DNA of 64,000 nucleotides from Meyerozyma guilliermondii (Eukaryota): NCBI GenBank assembly GCA_051546255.1, contig CP128821.1, positions 744,001 to 808,000 of the forward strand, read 5' to 3'. Shown piece by piece: positions 1 to 10,094 of this stretch (position 1 is its first letter; each line of letters starts with the position of its first letter). The notes under the pieces were generated by a model. It saw only the letters and a program-made list of their open reading frames with translations, ran no database searches and was not told where the DNA came from. The position numbers and the translations under genes were made by a program.

Positions 1-362
1 TGATCCACTCTTTGAAACGGATTGGTTGCAATCAAGACAATACCCGAGTATGTATAAATATTGAGCTGGGAGTATCTGAGTTTGATGGCATGAAGCACAG
101 CAGGCTCATTCAAATAGGAAAGACTCGTCAAATCCTCGGCAGCCTCCAAAATGGGAGGATTTCGCAAAGGAGGAAGTTTGTCGTTCTCTTCGCTCAAGTT
201 ATCCGACTGAACCTCAAAGGTTTGAGATTCGTCATTTTCGGAGACAAGCTCGAGCACATATTTGTCTCCGCTTTTCTTGTTTGACTTCACAACCGTACCG
301 ATCCATCCAAGTTTCTCGTCAGGGTACCAGCACCTAGTGCCAACATCGTATGCGGAAACCAT
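1..362 (-). CDS. MYO2: Class V myosin heavy chain, N-terminal part (runs off the window edge)
   Basis: Manual translation of the minus strand from ATG at 362: MVSAYDVGTRCWYPDEKLGWI...LPPLRNPPILEAAEDLTSLSYLNEPAVLHAIKLRYSQLNIYTYSGIVLIATNPFQRVD, the myosin N-terminal SH3-like region plus start of the motor domain. Missing from the ORF track because no stop lies in the window. Confidence 0.93.
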   Translation of the reverse strand, partial: MVSAYDVGTRCWYPDEKLGWIGTVVKSNKKSGDKYVLELVSENDESQTFEVQSDNLSEENDKLPPLRNPPILEAAEDLTSLSYLNEPAVLHAIKLRYSQLNIYTYSGIVLIATNPFQRVD

Positions 363-1003
363 CGTGAGCACACGCGTACTTAGCTTAAAAGATTCAAGTA
401 CACTCGATTACTTAGAAAAGATAATCGGTCGTAATTGTGGTGATCTAAAAAGTGTACTACGAAGCGAGCTTTTTCACTGACTTTGAGTTGAAGGTCTTCG
501 TCACTAATATTATCGAGACTTCTATCGTACACCAATAGTTACGAAGCTGTTTGGTTGGATATTAATGATTTTCAGCCACCGCCTCAACTTCGCACGATGT
601 TTGTTTGAGCGAAGTTTGATCTCGTTGAGAACACGAACGCGTTTGGGAGTGAGTAGCACAATAACAGCAATATGCAGGCCGTCAATTCCGAGAATGGAGG
701 GGAAATTTCAATGGGAATGAGTTAACACCGGAAACTACAAAAAGGTAGTTGGGCGAATCCGGGGTTTTGGAATAAGGTTAATCAACGCGTTTAGGCAATA
801 AAGGAATAACCTACAAAATTTTTCACATGTCAAAGCCGGGTGACGCCCTACAGGTCTTGTCGCGCAAGTGCAGGACGAGACGGCCAGTTCCTGTACAGAA
901 TCAACCATAGGTTTCAGATGATGGAGTAAGTTGTTCATCTTCATGTACGATGGTCAATGATGAGAGGTTGTAATTAGTAGCTTGTAAACTTCTATTCACT
1001 CTA

Positions 1004-2743
1004 CTAAAGCTTGGAGTCTTTGAATTCTGGCGATTCCAATGGTTCGTAGACTTTTCCAAAAAGCTTGTCCTCTGGAATATATCTGTTCAAGCTTCTAACG
1101 TCAACAAAGTTTTCGTTCAACTGGTCCATCGTGGTAGCACCTAAGAGACGCATGTTCATGATCATTTCATCCTTCAAAATTTGAAAGGCTCTAACCACAC
1201 CATCGACACCATAGGTGGACATGGCGTACAAGAATGGGCGACCAATACCCACGCCTTTGGCACCAAGGGCAATTGCCTTTAGCACATCAGAAGCTCTTCT
1301 TACACCACCATCTATGTATACCTCCATTTTCGTATCAAGTTTGCGTTCCCGCAAAATTGGCATCAATTCAGCTAAAACCTGAATTGGAGGTGGAGAAAAC
1401 TCCAATTGTCTACCACCGTGGTTAGACAAAACAATTCCGTCGACCTCGTGCTCGACCGCTTTCAAAGAGTCTTCCACTGTCTGAACTCCTTTCAAAATAA
1501 TTGGCATTTTTGTAATGCTACGGAACCAAGCGATATCTTTCCAGTTAAGACCAGTGTCAATGAAAGAGGAAATGGCTCTGGCTGCACCTTGTGATCTGTC
1601 AGCATCATCTCCCTCTCCCTGAACGTGACTCAAGTCAGCGATGTCTTTGGATCTCATGTCTTTCTCACGACGGCCCAACTGGGGCGCATCTACTGTGATG
1701 AAGAGCCCTTTGATACCACGGTGCTCAGCATGCTGAACGATTTTTTGGCAAATTTCACGGTCAGCATTGACGTACAATTGAAGGAACTGTGTTTGCTCGT
1801 CGGTCGCTGCATCCACAATTTCGTCAAAAGAGCACGACGCAAGTGTTGGGATCATTTGTATAACACCTTCTTTAGCAGCAGCTTTGGTCAAGACAACCTC
1901 ACCTTCCGGGTGACCCAACTTTCCCAATGCGGTTGCAGTAATGTAGAAGGGCACTGAGGTCTTACATCCGAGCATAGTTGTTGAAAGATCAATGTTGGTA
2001 ACGTCCACCATGATACGAGGCTTGAAGTAGATTCGGTGGTAGGACAAGTGATTCTCACGAAGAGTGATCTCATCGTCACTGCCCGAGGAGTAGTATGCCC
2101 ACGCCACCTTCTCCATGGTATGGCGAGCCACAAACTCGAAATCATTCAAATTGTAGATTTGTCCCAAATCAGGCATCTTCTTAAGATATTGGCGACGCTT
2201 AAGTTCGTGCTCGGATGGTGGATCATCTTCGTCATCATCGTATTCATCTTCATCTTCCACGCTTGTAGTTCCTTCAGCGCTCACAGTCAATGGAAATGGA
2301 TCTTTATCGTCTTGTTCGTCATACTCAACATCAAACTCGTCCACAACGTTTCCAGCCGACGAACCGGTCTGAGAAGTCTGAGAGGAACCAGCATGAGATC
2401 CACCACCAGGAGCTGAAGCTTCCTGACCGCCCGTTTCGCCGCTTGCTTTGGCCATTGACAGCCCGCTGGCGTCGATTTTCCCTTTCTTGGACTTTGCTTT
2501 TTTCAGTGGCTTTCCCGTAACCTCACCTTTATGGTACTTTGGGGCCAAATACTTGGTCAATGTGTCACCAGGGTGAATTGGATCAAACGCCTTGGTGGCA
2601 TCCTTGCCGGCATATTTCAAAATTATCCCTGAACCCCCCGGATGTTCATCAAGAAAGTCCGAAACGTCATAAGCTTTGCCATGAATTACCACCCAGCAGT
2701 CCTTTTTATTGTTGTGTTGTTCAACCTCGCTGTATTCCACCAT
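1004..2743 (-). CDS. CYB2: Flavocytochrome b2-like L-2-hydroxy-acid (lactate) dehydrogenase: cytochrome b5 domain + FMN-dependent domain, C-terminal SKL
   Basis: HPGG heme-binding b5 motif; FMN-dh motifs (AYYSSG, TVDAPQLGRRE, LSNHGGRQL, DGGVRR); ends ...KDSKL with L encoded by CTT. Confidence 0.9.
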   Translation of the reverse strand: MVEYSEVEQHNNKKDCWVVIHGKAYDVSDFLDEHPGGSGIILKYAGKDATKAFDPIHPGDTLTKYLAPKYHKGEVTGKPLKKAKSKKGKIDASGLSMAKASGETGGQEASAPGGGSHAGSSQTSQTGSSAGNVVDEFDVEYDEQDDKDPFPLTVSAEGTTSVEDEDEYDDDEDDPPSEHELKRRQYLKKMPDLGQIYNLNDFEFVARHTMEKVAWAYYSSGSDDEITLRENHLSYHRIYFKPRIMVDVTNIDLSTTMLGCKTSVPFYITATALGKLGHPEGEVVLTKAAAKEGVIQMIPTLASCSFDEIVDAATDEQTQFLQLYVNADREICQKIVQHAEHRGIKGLFITVDAPQLGRREKDMRSKDIADLSHVQGEGDDADRSQGAARAISSFIDTGLNWKDIAWFRSITKMPIILKGVQTVEDSLKAVEHEVDGIVLSNHGGRQLEFSPPPIQVLAELMPILRERKLDTKMEVYIDGGVRRASDVLKAIALGAKGVGIGRPFLYAMSTYGVDGVVRAFQILKDEMIMNMRLLGATTMDQLNENFVDVRSLNRYIPEDKLFGKVYEPLESPEFKDSKL

Positions 2744-3175
2744 GATTCAAAAACACTTCCGCCCTTCAAAATGATTGTAAAAGCAAAAAAAAGCTTTCGG
2801 CCAAACCTGTCAAAATACTTATCGCCAGTGGGGTCTGCGGCTCATGCTCCAACCCCACAGCTTATGTTCCACTTACATAATTGGCGGGTATTTTTGGCAT
2901 GAGGTCATGTATGTGTATGCAGGGACTGCCCGTTTGCTGTTTCACAATAGCTGCAAATTAGAGAAGGCCCCTTTATATAAAATGGTATTCAGAACGGAAT
3001 GGTAATCAAAACGGCAGAGTCACAAAATCGTGTATAGCAAATATTCTCGTAACTGTGCCCTTTGGTGGTGACTTTTGTGACTGCGTCTTACACATCCGAG
3101 TAGCCGCATCATACTGCGACGTCTCAAACAAAGACCTTTTTAACTTTGTAAGAATAAGCTGATCACATCTTGGCG

Positions 3176-3182
3176 TGACTCA
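3176..3182. promoter_or_regulatory. Gcn4/AP-1-type site TGACTCA in the CYB2/CUP2 divergent promoter
   Basis: Exact TGACTCA heptamer; function inferred only. Confidence 0.3.
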
Positions 3183-3724
3183 TTTGCCACTTATGCGTGT
3201 ACCCGTTGCGCTTTTCTTTTTCCTTCCCAACTTTTCTGTCCCTGCAGGTGGGTCCGACAAGCCTGGCCCGGCTGACACAGCCCGGTTGTGGCACGACCGG
3301 GTCAATTTTTTAGCCTTCTCGGACCCATCAAAAGTACGATTCTTACCAAATTACTGATCAGCCAAAAACTATTATCAACCCTCTGGCGACATTTGCTGTG
3401 CAAATCGTGAACTATCTCACCTTGTCTGTGTCGAAAGGCTTGTTGGAGCTTCTTTGAACATCTGGCTCGAACCCACTTTGTGCTCGGCCACGAATCTTGT
3501 GCTGCTAACTTTCACCACTCCGGTGAAGTGTCCAACGATCGGAAAATATCGATTGATTGGATAATTTTGGGTTTGGTCTAGGGCCACCGAATTTATTGTT
3601 TTTCCCCCAAGTTTGTATGTCTACGGTAGCCTGAGACAGTTCTACGATCCTTATAAGACTTGGTTCTTTATCCTGATTACTTATTCCTTTGTACGATTTC
3701 CCAATTATAGATTGCTCAACGAAG

Positions 3725-5044
3725 ATGGTCTTGATCAACGGTGTTAAATACGCTTGCGAACGGTGTATTCGTGGCCATCGTGTTACCACTTGTATCCATA
3801 CTGATCAGCCCCTAACGATGATCAAACCCAAGGGTCGACCTGCTTCGCAATGTCTGCATTGTCGAGAGCAAAGAAAGATGAAAAATGTCCACATTTCTTG
3901 TACGTGCAACAAGAAGGGAAAGTCACCGGGAACCCACTTGGCCCTGTGTCCATGCAACAAGAACACACATTGTACGTGTGCTTGCGTTTCTTCTAAAAAG
4001 TTAGAAAAATCAAAGAAGAAAACCTTGAGGAACCATTCCGATAGCGAAGCGGCACTGTTCTCCACGCCCAACGACGACGGGTTGGGTGTCAACTTGCCAA
4101 ATCACGACGATTCTCTCAACTCCAACTATGTGTTTGAAGACATGGCAGAGAACCTTGACACTAATTCTGGTCTTTTTGACTTGTTCTCAAACCAAAACGA
4201 CCAGTTCATACCTGCTCAGCAAATAAACCTGCTGCAGTTTCTGGATGTGCCCAATTCTGCGTCGTCGTCTCCGGTACCATCAAGTTCAAGTAACGCTGCT
4301 TTATCCTCTGCAACACCACAAGAACTGCAACACACCATAAAAGCCAACACCACACCCGCAAAAGAAGGCAGAAGAGTAGCCGGAGAAGAGTTAATGTTTC
4401 CTCTCTTTCCTTTGGTTGGATCATGCAGTTTTGATGATAGCGAATCGCGCCCCCTTCTGACTCTACCAGGAACCCATCATCCTAAACCAATTGTCCCAAA
4501 CTCGGGCCACCAGCATTCAGCTGCTAGGCCAAAGCGACCAGAGTCAGTATTGTCTGTGGCCTCAAACTCCTCTACTGCAACAAACCAGAGCAGACTGAAC
4601 GTACAGCTCGAGAGTTACTTCAATGGTCATTCAGGACCCATACAGAGCAATTCAGCAGCTTACCCTCCCTCATTACCTGAAAGTGCTTCTGAAGGGGGCC
4701 CACACGGACCTGAACCATCCGATCGAATGTTTGAAGAGGCAGAGTTCTTCGATCAAAATCCTTTCAATGAGACTCACGAGTTGAGACTTAACGAATATCA
4801 AAAGTTTATTGGAGCTATAAATTCACAACCTGGCCCGAGAAATGGCTATATGGAAAACCAGCTCGCAAGTATGCCACAACCGCATAACTATTCCCCAATC
4901 AACGAGCCTGGAGCTGGGTCAGCCCCATTGGCCGTAAATGTACCAGACCCACAAGAACAGTACAACATCGACTTTGGCGGTGGTCACATGTTCAACGATC
5001 TCGTGAGCCCAATTAAGTTTGAGACAAAGGACGTCAATTTGTAG
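3725..5044 (+). CDS. CUP2: Copper-fist transcription factor (Cup2/Ace1/Haa1 family)
   Basis: N-terminus MVLINGVKYACERCIRGHRVTTC...KPKGRP followed by CxC clusters; first ATG at 3725 within the 3689 ORF. Confidence 0.85.
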   Translation: MVLINGVKYACERCIRGHRVTTCIHTDQPLTMIKPKGRPASQCLHCREQRKMKNVHISCTCNKKGKSPGTHLALCPCNKNTHCTCACVSSKKLEKSKKKTLRNHSDSEAALFSTPNDDGLGVNLPNHDDSLNSNYVFEDMAENLDTNSGLFDLFSNQNDQFIPAQQINLLQFLDVPNSASSSPVPSSSSNAALSSATPQELQHTIKANTTPAKEGRRVAGEELMFPLFPLVGSCSFDDSESRPLLTLPGTHHPKPIVPNSGHQHSAARPKRPESVLSVASNSSTATNQSRLNVQLESYFNGHSGPIQSNSAAYPPSLPESASEGGPHGPEPSDRMFEEAEFFDQNPFNETHELRLNEYQKFIGAINSQPGPRNGYMENQLASMPQPHNYSPINEPGAGSAPLAVNVPDPQEQYNIDFGGGHMFNDLVSPIKFETKDVNL

Positions 5045-5047
5045 TGG

Positions 5048-6310
5048 TTACAGCTGCAAGTCGAGGTTTTTTAGCCTGTTCATATTGGAATCAAGATCAA
5101 TGGCGTTGTTTGTGTTTGCTTCATCGAGAAGTCGATCTCGCTTTTGTCGGCTTGTTTCATATATCGTATTCTTAGCATTTTCATCTTGCAAATATAGAGC
5201 AAGTTTTTCGTCTGACGTTTCAAAAATGGAAGTCTGATCTCTCTGCTGCAATGCACATAAACGTAGAAGGTATTCTAAAAGCGAGAGTGACAAGTGCTTG
5301 TCCTCTTGTGGTGCCGGCGCCTCGTCCTCTGATTCATCTTCTTCGCTATCACTGTCATCGAATTCGCCGACACCTACTTGACCTAGTGCTATCCACTCTT
5401 CGTTTTCGTCCTTGTCAACGAGCTTGAACATTAATACTGGTGCACTTCTCGATTCGAGTTTTAAAAGTTTGCCAGAAGCAGAAAAGAACATGCGCATGAT
5501 GGACTTGACATCGTATACCACTACTTTTGGTTTCTCATCATGATACCGACCATCATTGTGGTCCTCGCGTATTTCCAAGGAGTACTGGAAAGACGATTTG
5601 TTGTTGGATATTATACGAACCAGAGCACGAGAGTATTCTTCTTTCCACGAAATGGCTAGCAAGTCGTCATCTTTGGCAACATCTACTTTCTTGTTGTCTT
5701 CATGGTCAATGTACTTGAGCCTGCTCGGGTTATAAAACACAGAGTAGTAAACGAGGTCAAAGACAGGTCCAACGTTACATGGCAGTTTAGACTCATTTGC
5801 TTTTGCAACTAAGCTAGAAGCCTGGAGTAACCGCCCTGGAGAAACAGAAGGTGATAAACTTGTCTTCATGGTGGTGCCAGATGTTGCAATTGACAACTGG
5901 AGGAGCGGAATAGCTTCATCAAGCTGAGTTAACAAATTATCCATGCATCTATTGACCTCTATCACGGATTCCTTTTCGTTAAGTGAGCTCAAAGTTTCTG
6001 TAATAGAGCTCATCTTAGTTTCAAAACGCTCAATCTCGCTTGTAACCGCTTCAATTAGCTCGAGTGATGGTTCAAGAGATGTGTTCCCTCTGACTGCCGC
6101 CAATCGTATAAGGTCCATTGCCTGGCCTAAAATGTCAGTTTTTATTCTTATTTTGGTTCTTTTGTCCAAGATCTTCTTCTTTTCCGATTCAGGGATCTTG
6201 TCTAGAAATTTGGTCACAGTACGAACCGCATATCCAGAAGCAAACGTGATGCCCAGTCGTATAGCAAACGTAACTGCCTGGCTACCTGCTCTTGCTAGAA
6301 GTTGATCCAT
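5048..6310 (-). CDS. YRB30: Ran-binding protein Yrb30 family
   Basis: MDQLLARAGSQAVTFAIR(S)GITFASGYAV, RGNTSLE, SPGRLLQAS, EDHNDGRYHD, FFSASGKLLKLE motifs recognised as Yrb30-like. Confidence 0.8.
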   Translation of the reverse strand: MDQLLARAGSQAVTFAIRLGITFASGYAVRTVTKFLDKIPESEKKKILDKRTKIRIKTDILGQAMDLIRLAAVRGNTSLEPSLELIEAVTSEIERFETKMSSITETLSSLNEKESVIEVNRCMDNLLTQLDEAIPLLQLSIATSGTTMKTSLSPSVSPGRLLQASSLVAKANESKLPCNVGPVFDLVYYSVFYNPSRLKYIDHEDNKKVDVAKDDDLLAISWKEEYSRALVRIISNNKSSFQYSLEIREDHNDGRYHDEKPKVVVYDVKSIMRMFFSASGKLLKLESRSAPVLMFKLVDKDENEEWIALGQVGVGEFDDSDSEEDESEDEAPAPQEDKHLSLSLLEYLLRLCALQQRDQTSIFETSDEKLALYLQDENAKNTIYETSRQKRDRLLDEANTNNAIDLDSNMNRLKNLDLQL

Positions 6311-6517
6311 GGTATAGATGTAAAAAGAATGTGTTCAGAAAAGCGGTTCAATAAGGTAAATAAGTTTACTCTTTTATAATCAATGAAGTGACCCTAGGTT
6401 CATCTCACGATCTGTGTTCACCACACAAAATACTGCATATACTCCCGCAGACCTTTAGTAGCGCGTTGTTTACCTGGCTGCGTAATCAGATCGTAACTTT
6501 CACTCTCCTCTAAGATA

Positions 6518-8962
6518 ATGAAACGGCCTCTTTTGAAAGAGTTTACCACTCCCCTTGGAAGCGGTGCGGGAATGCCACCGGAAAGAAGACCACCACCTGT
6601 GAAAGATAGTGCTGTTAGATTACAACGACCGTTTAAAGTTCCCTTTGCCACAAACCACGTTGAGTCTCGTCAGCCTGCTCGTAAAGCACGAAAAGTGACG
6701 AACTATGTCGAGGTGTTTGAGGACGGGAACGGAGAACAAGCAGATGGCGTTGATGGAGAGGGTAATATTGTGCGGAATAAGCGGTTTGGTGCATTACTAC
6801 CCAGACTGGTTAATGTAGACCATGGAGATCGAAAGCTCAAAAAGTCGTTCAGTGTCCCTTTTGCTAAAGGATCCAAAGGAGAAGCTACGTACGGTACTAA
6901 TGGAGGGCCACCTCCGGCACTTGGAACTCGTAGACAAGCAATACTTCCTCCTCGACCACTACATGATCCTACGTCTGAGTTTGCAATTGTTCTTTATGAT
7001 CCGACAATGGAGTCTTTTGACCAAGGTGATGACGGGGATAAAAAGGAACCCACGCCCGAATCCGAAACCGATGACTCGAAGAAGGATTCATCGCGACGCA
7101 AGTCACAACATAGATCATTAGCAGAGATATTGGGCATCTACAAGCCGCAAACCAAGTTTGCCGATGTCCCCGTCGTGATCGACCCACGGCTAGCGAAAGT
7201 ATTAAGACCCCATCAGGTGGCTGGAGTAAAGTTTCTCTACAGGTGTACTTCGGGGTTGATGGACCCAAGGGCCAAAGGTTGTATAATGGCCGATGAAATG
7301 GGACTTGGTAAAACTCTTCAATGTATTGCGTTGATGTGGACGCTTCTTCGACAGGGTCCTCGTGGTACAAAGACCATCTCGAAATGCATCATTGTCTGTC
7401 CTTCTTCCTTGGTCCGAAACTGGGCAAATGAGATAGTCAAGTGGTTAGGTGAGGGTGTGTTGACGCCACTTGCTGTCGATGGAAAGTCTACAAAGTCCGC
7501 AGACTTAGGCCCTGCATTACAACAATGGTCAGTAGCTTCTGGCCGTAACATTGTGCGTCCAGTGCTAATTATATCTTACGAAACGTTGCGAAGAAACGTT
7601 GATAAACTCGCCGGTACAGAGGTGGGTCTCATGCTTGCAGATGAAGGGCACCGTTTGAAGAACGGCGATTCATTAACCTTCACTGCTCTCAATGCCTTGC
7701 GGTGTGAAAGGCGGGTTATTTTGTCAGGCACACCCATACAAAATGATCTCTCGGAATACTTTTCATTGTTGAATTTTTCAAACCCAGGTTATCTTGGAAC
7801 ACGGAACGATTTCCGTAAAAACTTTGAAAATGCAATTTTGCGTGGACGTGATGCTGATGCCACTGATAAAGAGAAGGAAATCGGAGATCAAAAATTGAGT
7901 GACTTGTCAAAACTTGTCTCCAAATTCATCATCCGTCGGACGAACGATATCCTCTCGAAATACTTGCCTATCAAGTATGAGTATGTTGTTTTCGTCAAGT
8001 TGTCTCCTCTTCAGAAGGCTTTATACAAGCATTTTCTCACGTCTCCGGAGGTGCGTAAACTATTAAAGGGTGCTGGATCTCAACCATTGAAAGCAATTGG
8101 TATGCTCAAGAAGTTATGCACCCATCCTGAACTTTTAAGATTGCCGGAAGAGGTCCTGGGTTCCGAAGATATCTTACCAGACGACTATGAATCAAGTGGA
8201 CGGGACAAGGAAATCAGGACGTGGTACAGTGGCAAGTTTGCTATGCTCGAGAGGTTTTTGCATCAGATACGCACTGAAACTGACGACAAAATAGTGTTGA
8301 TATCGAATTACACTCAAACCCTCGATTTGATAGAAAGAATGTGTCGTTACAAGAGATACCAGTGCTGCCGGCTTGACGGTACGATGAATATCAATAAGCG
8401 CCAAAAACTCGTTGATCGTTTCAACGATCCCGAAGGTCAAGAATTCATCTTTTTACTCTCGTCGAAAGCAGGTGGTTGCGGTATTAATCTCATTGGAGCT
8501 AACAGGCTCATTCTCCTTGACCCTGATTGGAATCCAGCTGCGGATCAACAAGCATTGGCAAGAGTGTGGAGAGATGGACAGAAGAAAGACTGCTTCATTT
8601 ATCGATTTATTCTGACAGGAACTATCGAAGAGAAGATATTCCAAAGACAATCAATGAAGCTCTCATTGTCGAGCTGCGTCGTGGACGAAAAAGAAGACGT
8701 GGACAGACTTTTCAGCGCGGATCTACTTCGTCAGCTCTTCCAATTTCAGCCAGACACTCTATGCGATACTCATGACACATTCAAGTGTCCTAGATGTGAT
8801 CCTTCAGGACAACGAATGAAGGCTCCTGCCATGCTCTACGGTGACAGTACCACCTGGAATCACTTGCAAAAGGACGATTTGGCAAAAAACGAGGACTCGC
8901 TTCTACAGAGAGAATCTCTACACGACGATGTAACCTACGCATTCCAATACATTTCTCATTGA
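6518..8962 (+). CDS. RAD54: SNF2-family DNA translocase Rad54
   Basis: LHDPTSEFAIVLYDP, VPVVIDPRLAKVLRPHQV, MADEMGLGKT, DEGHRLKN, QALARVWRDGQKK, C-terminal FQYISH. Confidence 0.97.
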   Translation: MKRPLLKEFTTPLGSGAGMPPERRPPPVKDSAVRLQRPFKVPFATNHVESRQPARKARKVTNYVEVFEDGNGEQADGVDGEGNIVRNKRFGALLPRLVNVDHGDRKLKKSFSVPFAKGSKGEATYGTNGGPPPALGTRRQAILPPRPLHDPTSEFAIVLYDPTMESFDQGDDGDKKEPTPESETDDSKKDSSRRKSQHRSLAEILGIYKPQTKFADVPVVIDPRLAKVLRPHQVAGVKFLYRCTSGLMDPRAKGCIMADEMGLGKTLQCIALMWTLLRQGPRGTKTISKCIIVCPSSLVRNWANEIVKWLGEGVLTPLAVDGKSTKSADLGPALQQWSVASGRNIVRPVLIISYETLRRNVDKLAGTEVGLMLADEGHRLKNGDSLTFTALNALRCERRVILSGTPIQNDLSEYFSLLNFSNPGYLGTRNDFRKNFENAILRGRDADATDKEKEIGDQKLSDLSKLVSKFIIRRTNDILSKYLPIKYEYVVFVKLSPLQKALYKHFLTSPEVRKLLKGAGSQPLKAIGMLKKLCTHPELLRLPEEVLGSEDILPDDYESSGRDKEIRTWYSGKFAMLERFLHQIRTETDDKIVLISNYTQTLDLIERMCRYKRYQCCRLDGTMNINKRQKLVDRFNDPEGQEFIFLLSSKAGGCGINLIGANRLILLDPDWNPAADQQALARVWRDGQKKDCFIYRFILTGTIEEKIFQRQSMKLSLSSCVVDEKEDVDRLFSADLLRQLFQFQPDTLCDTHDTFKCPRCDPSGQRMKAPAMLYGDSTTWNHLQKDDLAKNEDSLLQRESLHDDVTYAFQYISH

Positions 8963-8965
8963 ATA

Positions 8966-9241
8966 CAGTGTTTTTCATCTCGATTTCGCGCGGGAGATAT
9001 CGCCTTTTCGCACAGATGAAGAACAGAATTCGCTGGGGCAGCAGTTAAATCTCGCGCGTGAAACGTTCATGAATTCGTCAATACTTTTTTGCAAATTCGT
9101 AGAATTTCATAATCATTTCGTATCTTCGTGGCTCAGATTTCGCAAAATGGAAAAGTGAATTTCGGCTAGGTCCTGATGCGATTTCGCAAATGTTCTATAA
9201 CCATTTCGCTCTCGCCTATATTGAGATGCGCACCAGGGTTT
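8966..9241 (+). repeat. Left terminal inverted repeat (~276 bp)
   Basis: Manual alignment to the reverse complement of 10579-10850: first 20 bp identical, 9129-9205 (77 bp) identical to 10614-10690, about 30 differences overall. Confidence 0.95.
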
Positions 9242-9432
9242 CCACTTTTCGCAAGACTAATTTTCAATTTCGTATTATCTTGAGAAGATTCCGCCTCGAC
9301 CCATCGATTTTTTCGCGTACAGTACTTGATTTCGTTCCGTATAGTGTGCAGATTTCGCCTCAAATACGTTCTGGAAGCATCCGAAATTCGCCATAGTATC
9401 GATTCAAACTAAGTTAGGCATAACAGAAACAC

Positions 9433-10038
9433 TTATGCACATTGTCTTAATCCTTTAGCAATATGACAATGACTCAATAACAACCGAAATATACCTAAGC
9501 AGTAATAACAAGTTCCTCCTCTCTGCGATCTTGCTGCGTCCCAAATACAAAACGTCCCATGTTCATCATTGTAACATTCCGAACAACGTTTGCCGTGCGG
9601 TGCACACTGGTTTTCATTCACACACTTTTGATTGTAACAACTACTGCTATCTCTTTTCAAAATATAAGGAGTATTAGGTTCAATACTCCCATTGCTCTTT
9701 TCAATTTCTAGTAATTTTTCCACTTGTGCACAATAATCTACCTCTGGATCATACTTAGGTGCATGAGTGTTATTGCTCGTCAACGCTTGAAAATCTTGTT
9801 TTTGACCGATCACTTGCTCTGTATTCTTGATGGTCTTTACAAGAGGAACAACAGTATTTGTTTTCTCGTCAAAGAAACCAGACATATACCCATCTCCTAT
9901 CTCTCTTGTACCAGTTCTCAATCCGTACATATGGAGATAACAAATCATGTTGTCATCCAAGTTGGTTACTAACTCTGGTAAAGCAGCGATGACATAACAT
10001 ACGCATGCCACAAGAACGCTGAGAATTCTTAGTTTCAT
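9433..10038 (-). CDS. Predicted secreted Cys-rich prepro-peptide (201 aa), transposon cargo; toxin/effector-like architecture
   Basis: ATG at 10038 (MKLRILSVLVACVCYVIAA, signal-peptide-like); ILKR dibasic site followed by a 72-aa C-terminus with 10 Cys; ORF intact; TATAAAA about 50 bp upstream. Confidence 0.75.
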   Translation of the reverse strand: MKLRILSVLVACVCYVIAALPELVTNLDDNMICYLHMYGLRTGTREIGDGYMSGFFDEKTNTVVPLVKTIKNTEQVIGQKQDFQALTSNNTHAPKYDPEVDYCAQVEKLLEIEKSNGSIEPNTPYILKRDSSSCYNQKCVNENQCAPHGKRCSECYNDEHGTFCIWDAARSQRGGTCYYCLGIFRLLLSHCHIAKGLRQCA

Positions 10039-10087
10039 TCTGATATTCAATAAAGTGATATGATACTCCGCACTTCTTTTTGTGTCC

Positions 10088-10094
10088 TTTTATA
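10088..10094 (-). promoter_or_regulatory. TATA box (TATAAAA) of the cargo gene
   Basis: Plus-strand TTTTATA at 10088-10094, about 50 bp upstream of the ATG at 10038. Confidence 0.5.

Noticed and set aside
12..480. Short plus-strand ORFs at the window start
   Set aside because: They overlap the minus-strand MYO2 coding sequence, which is clearly the real gene.
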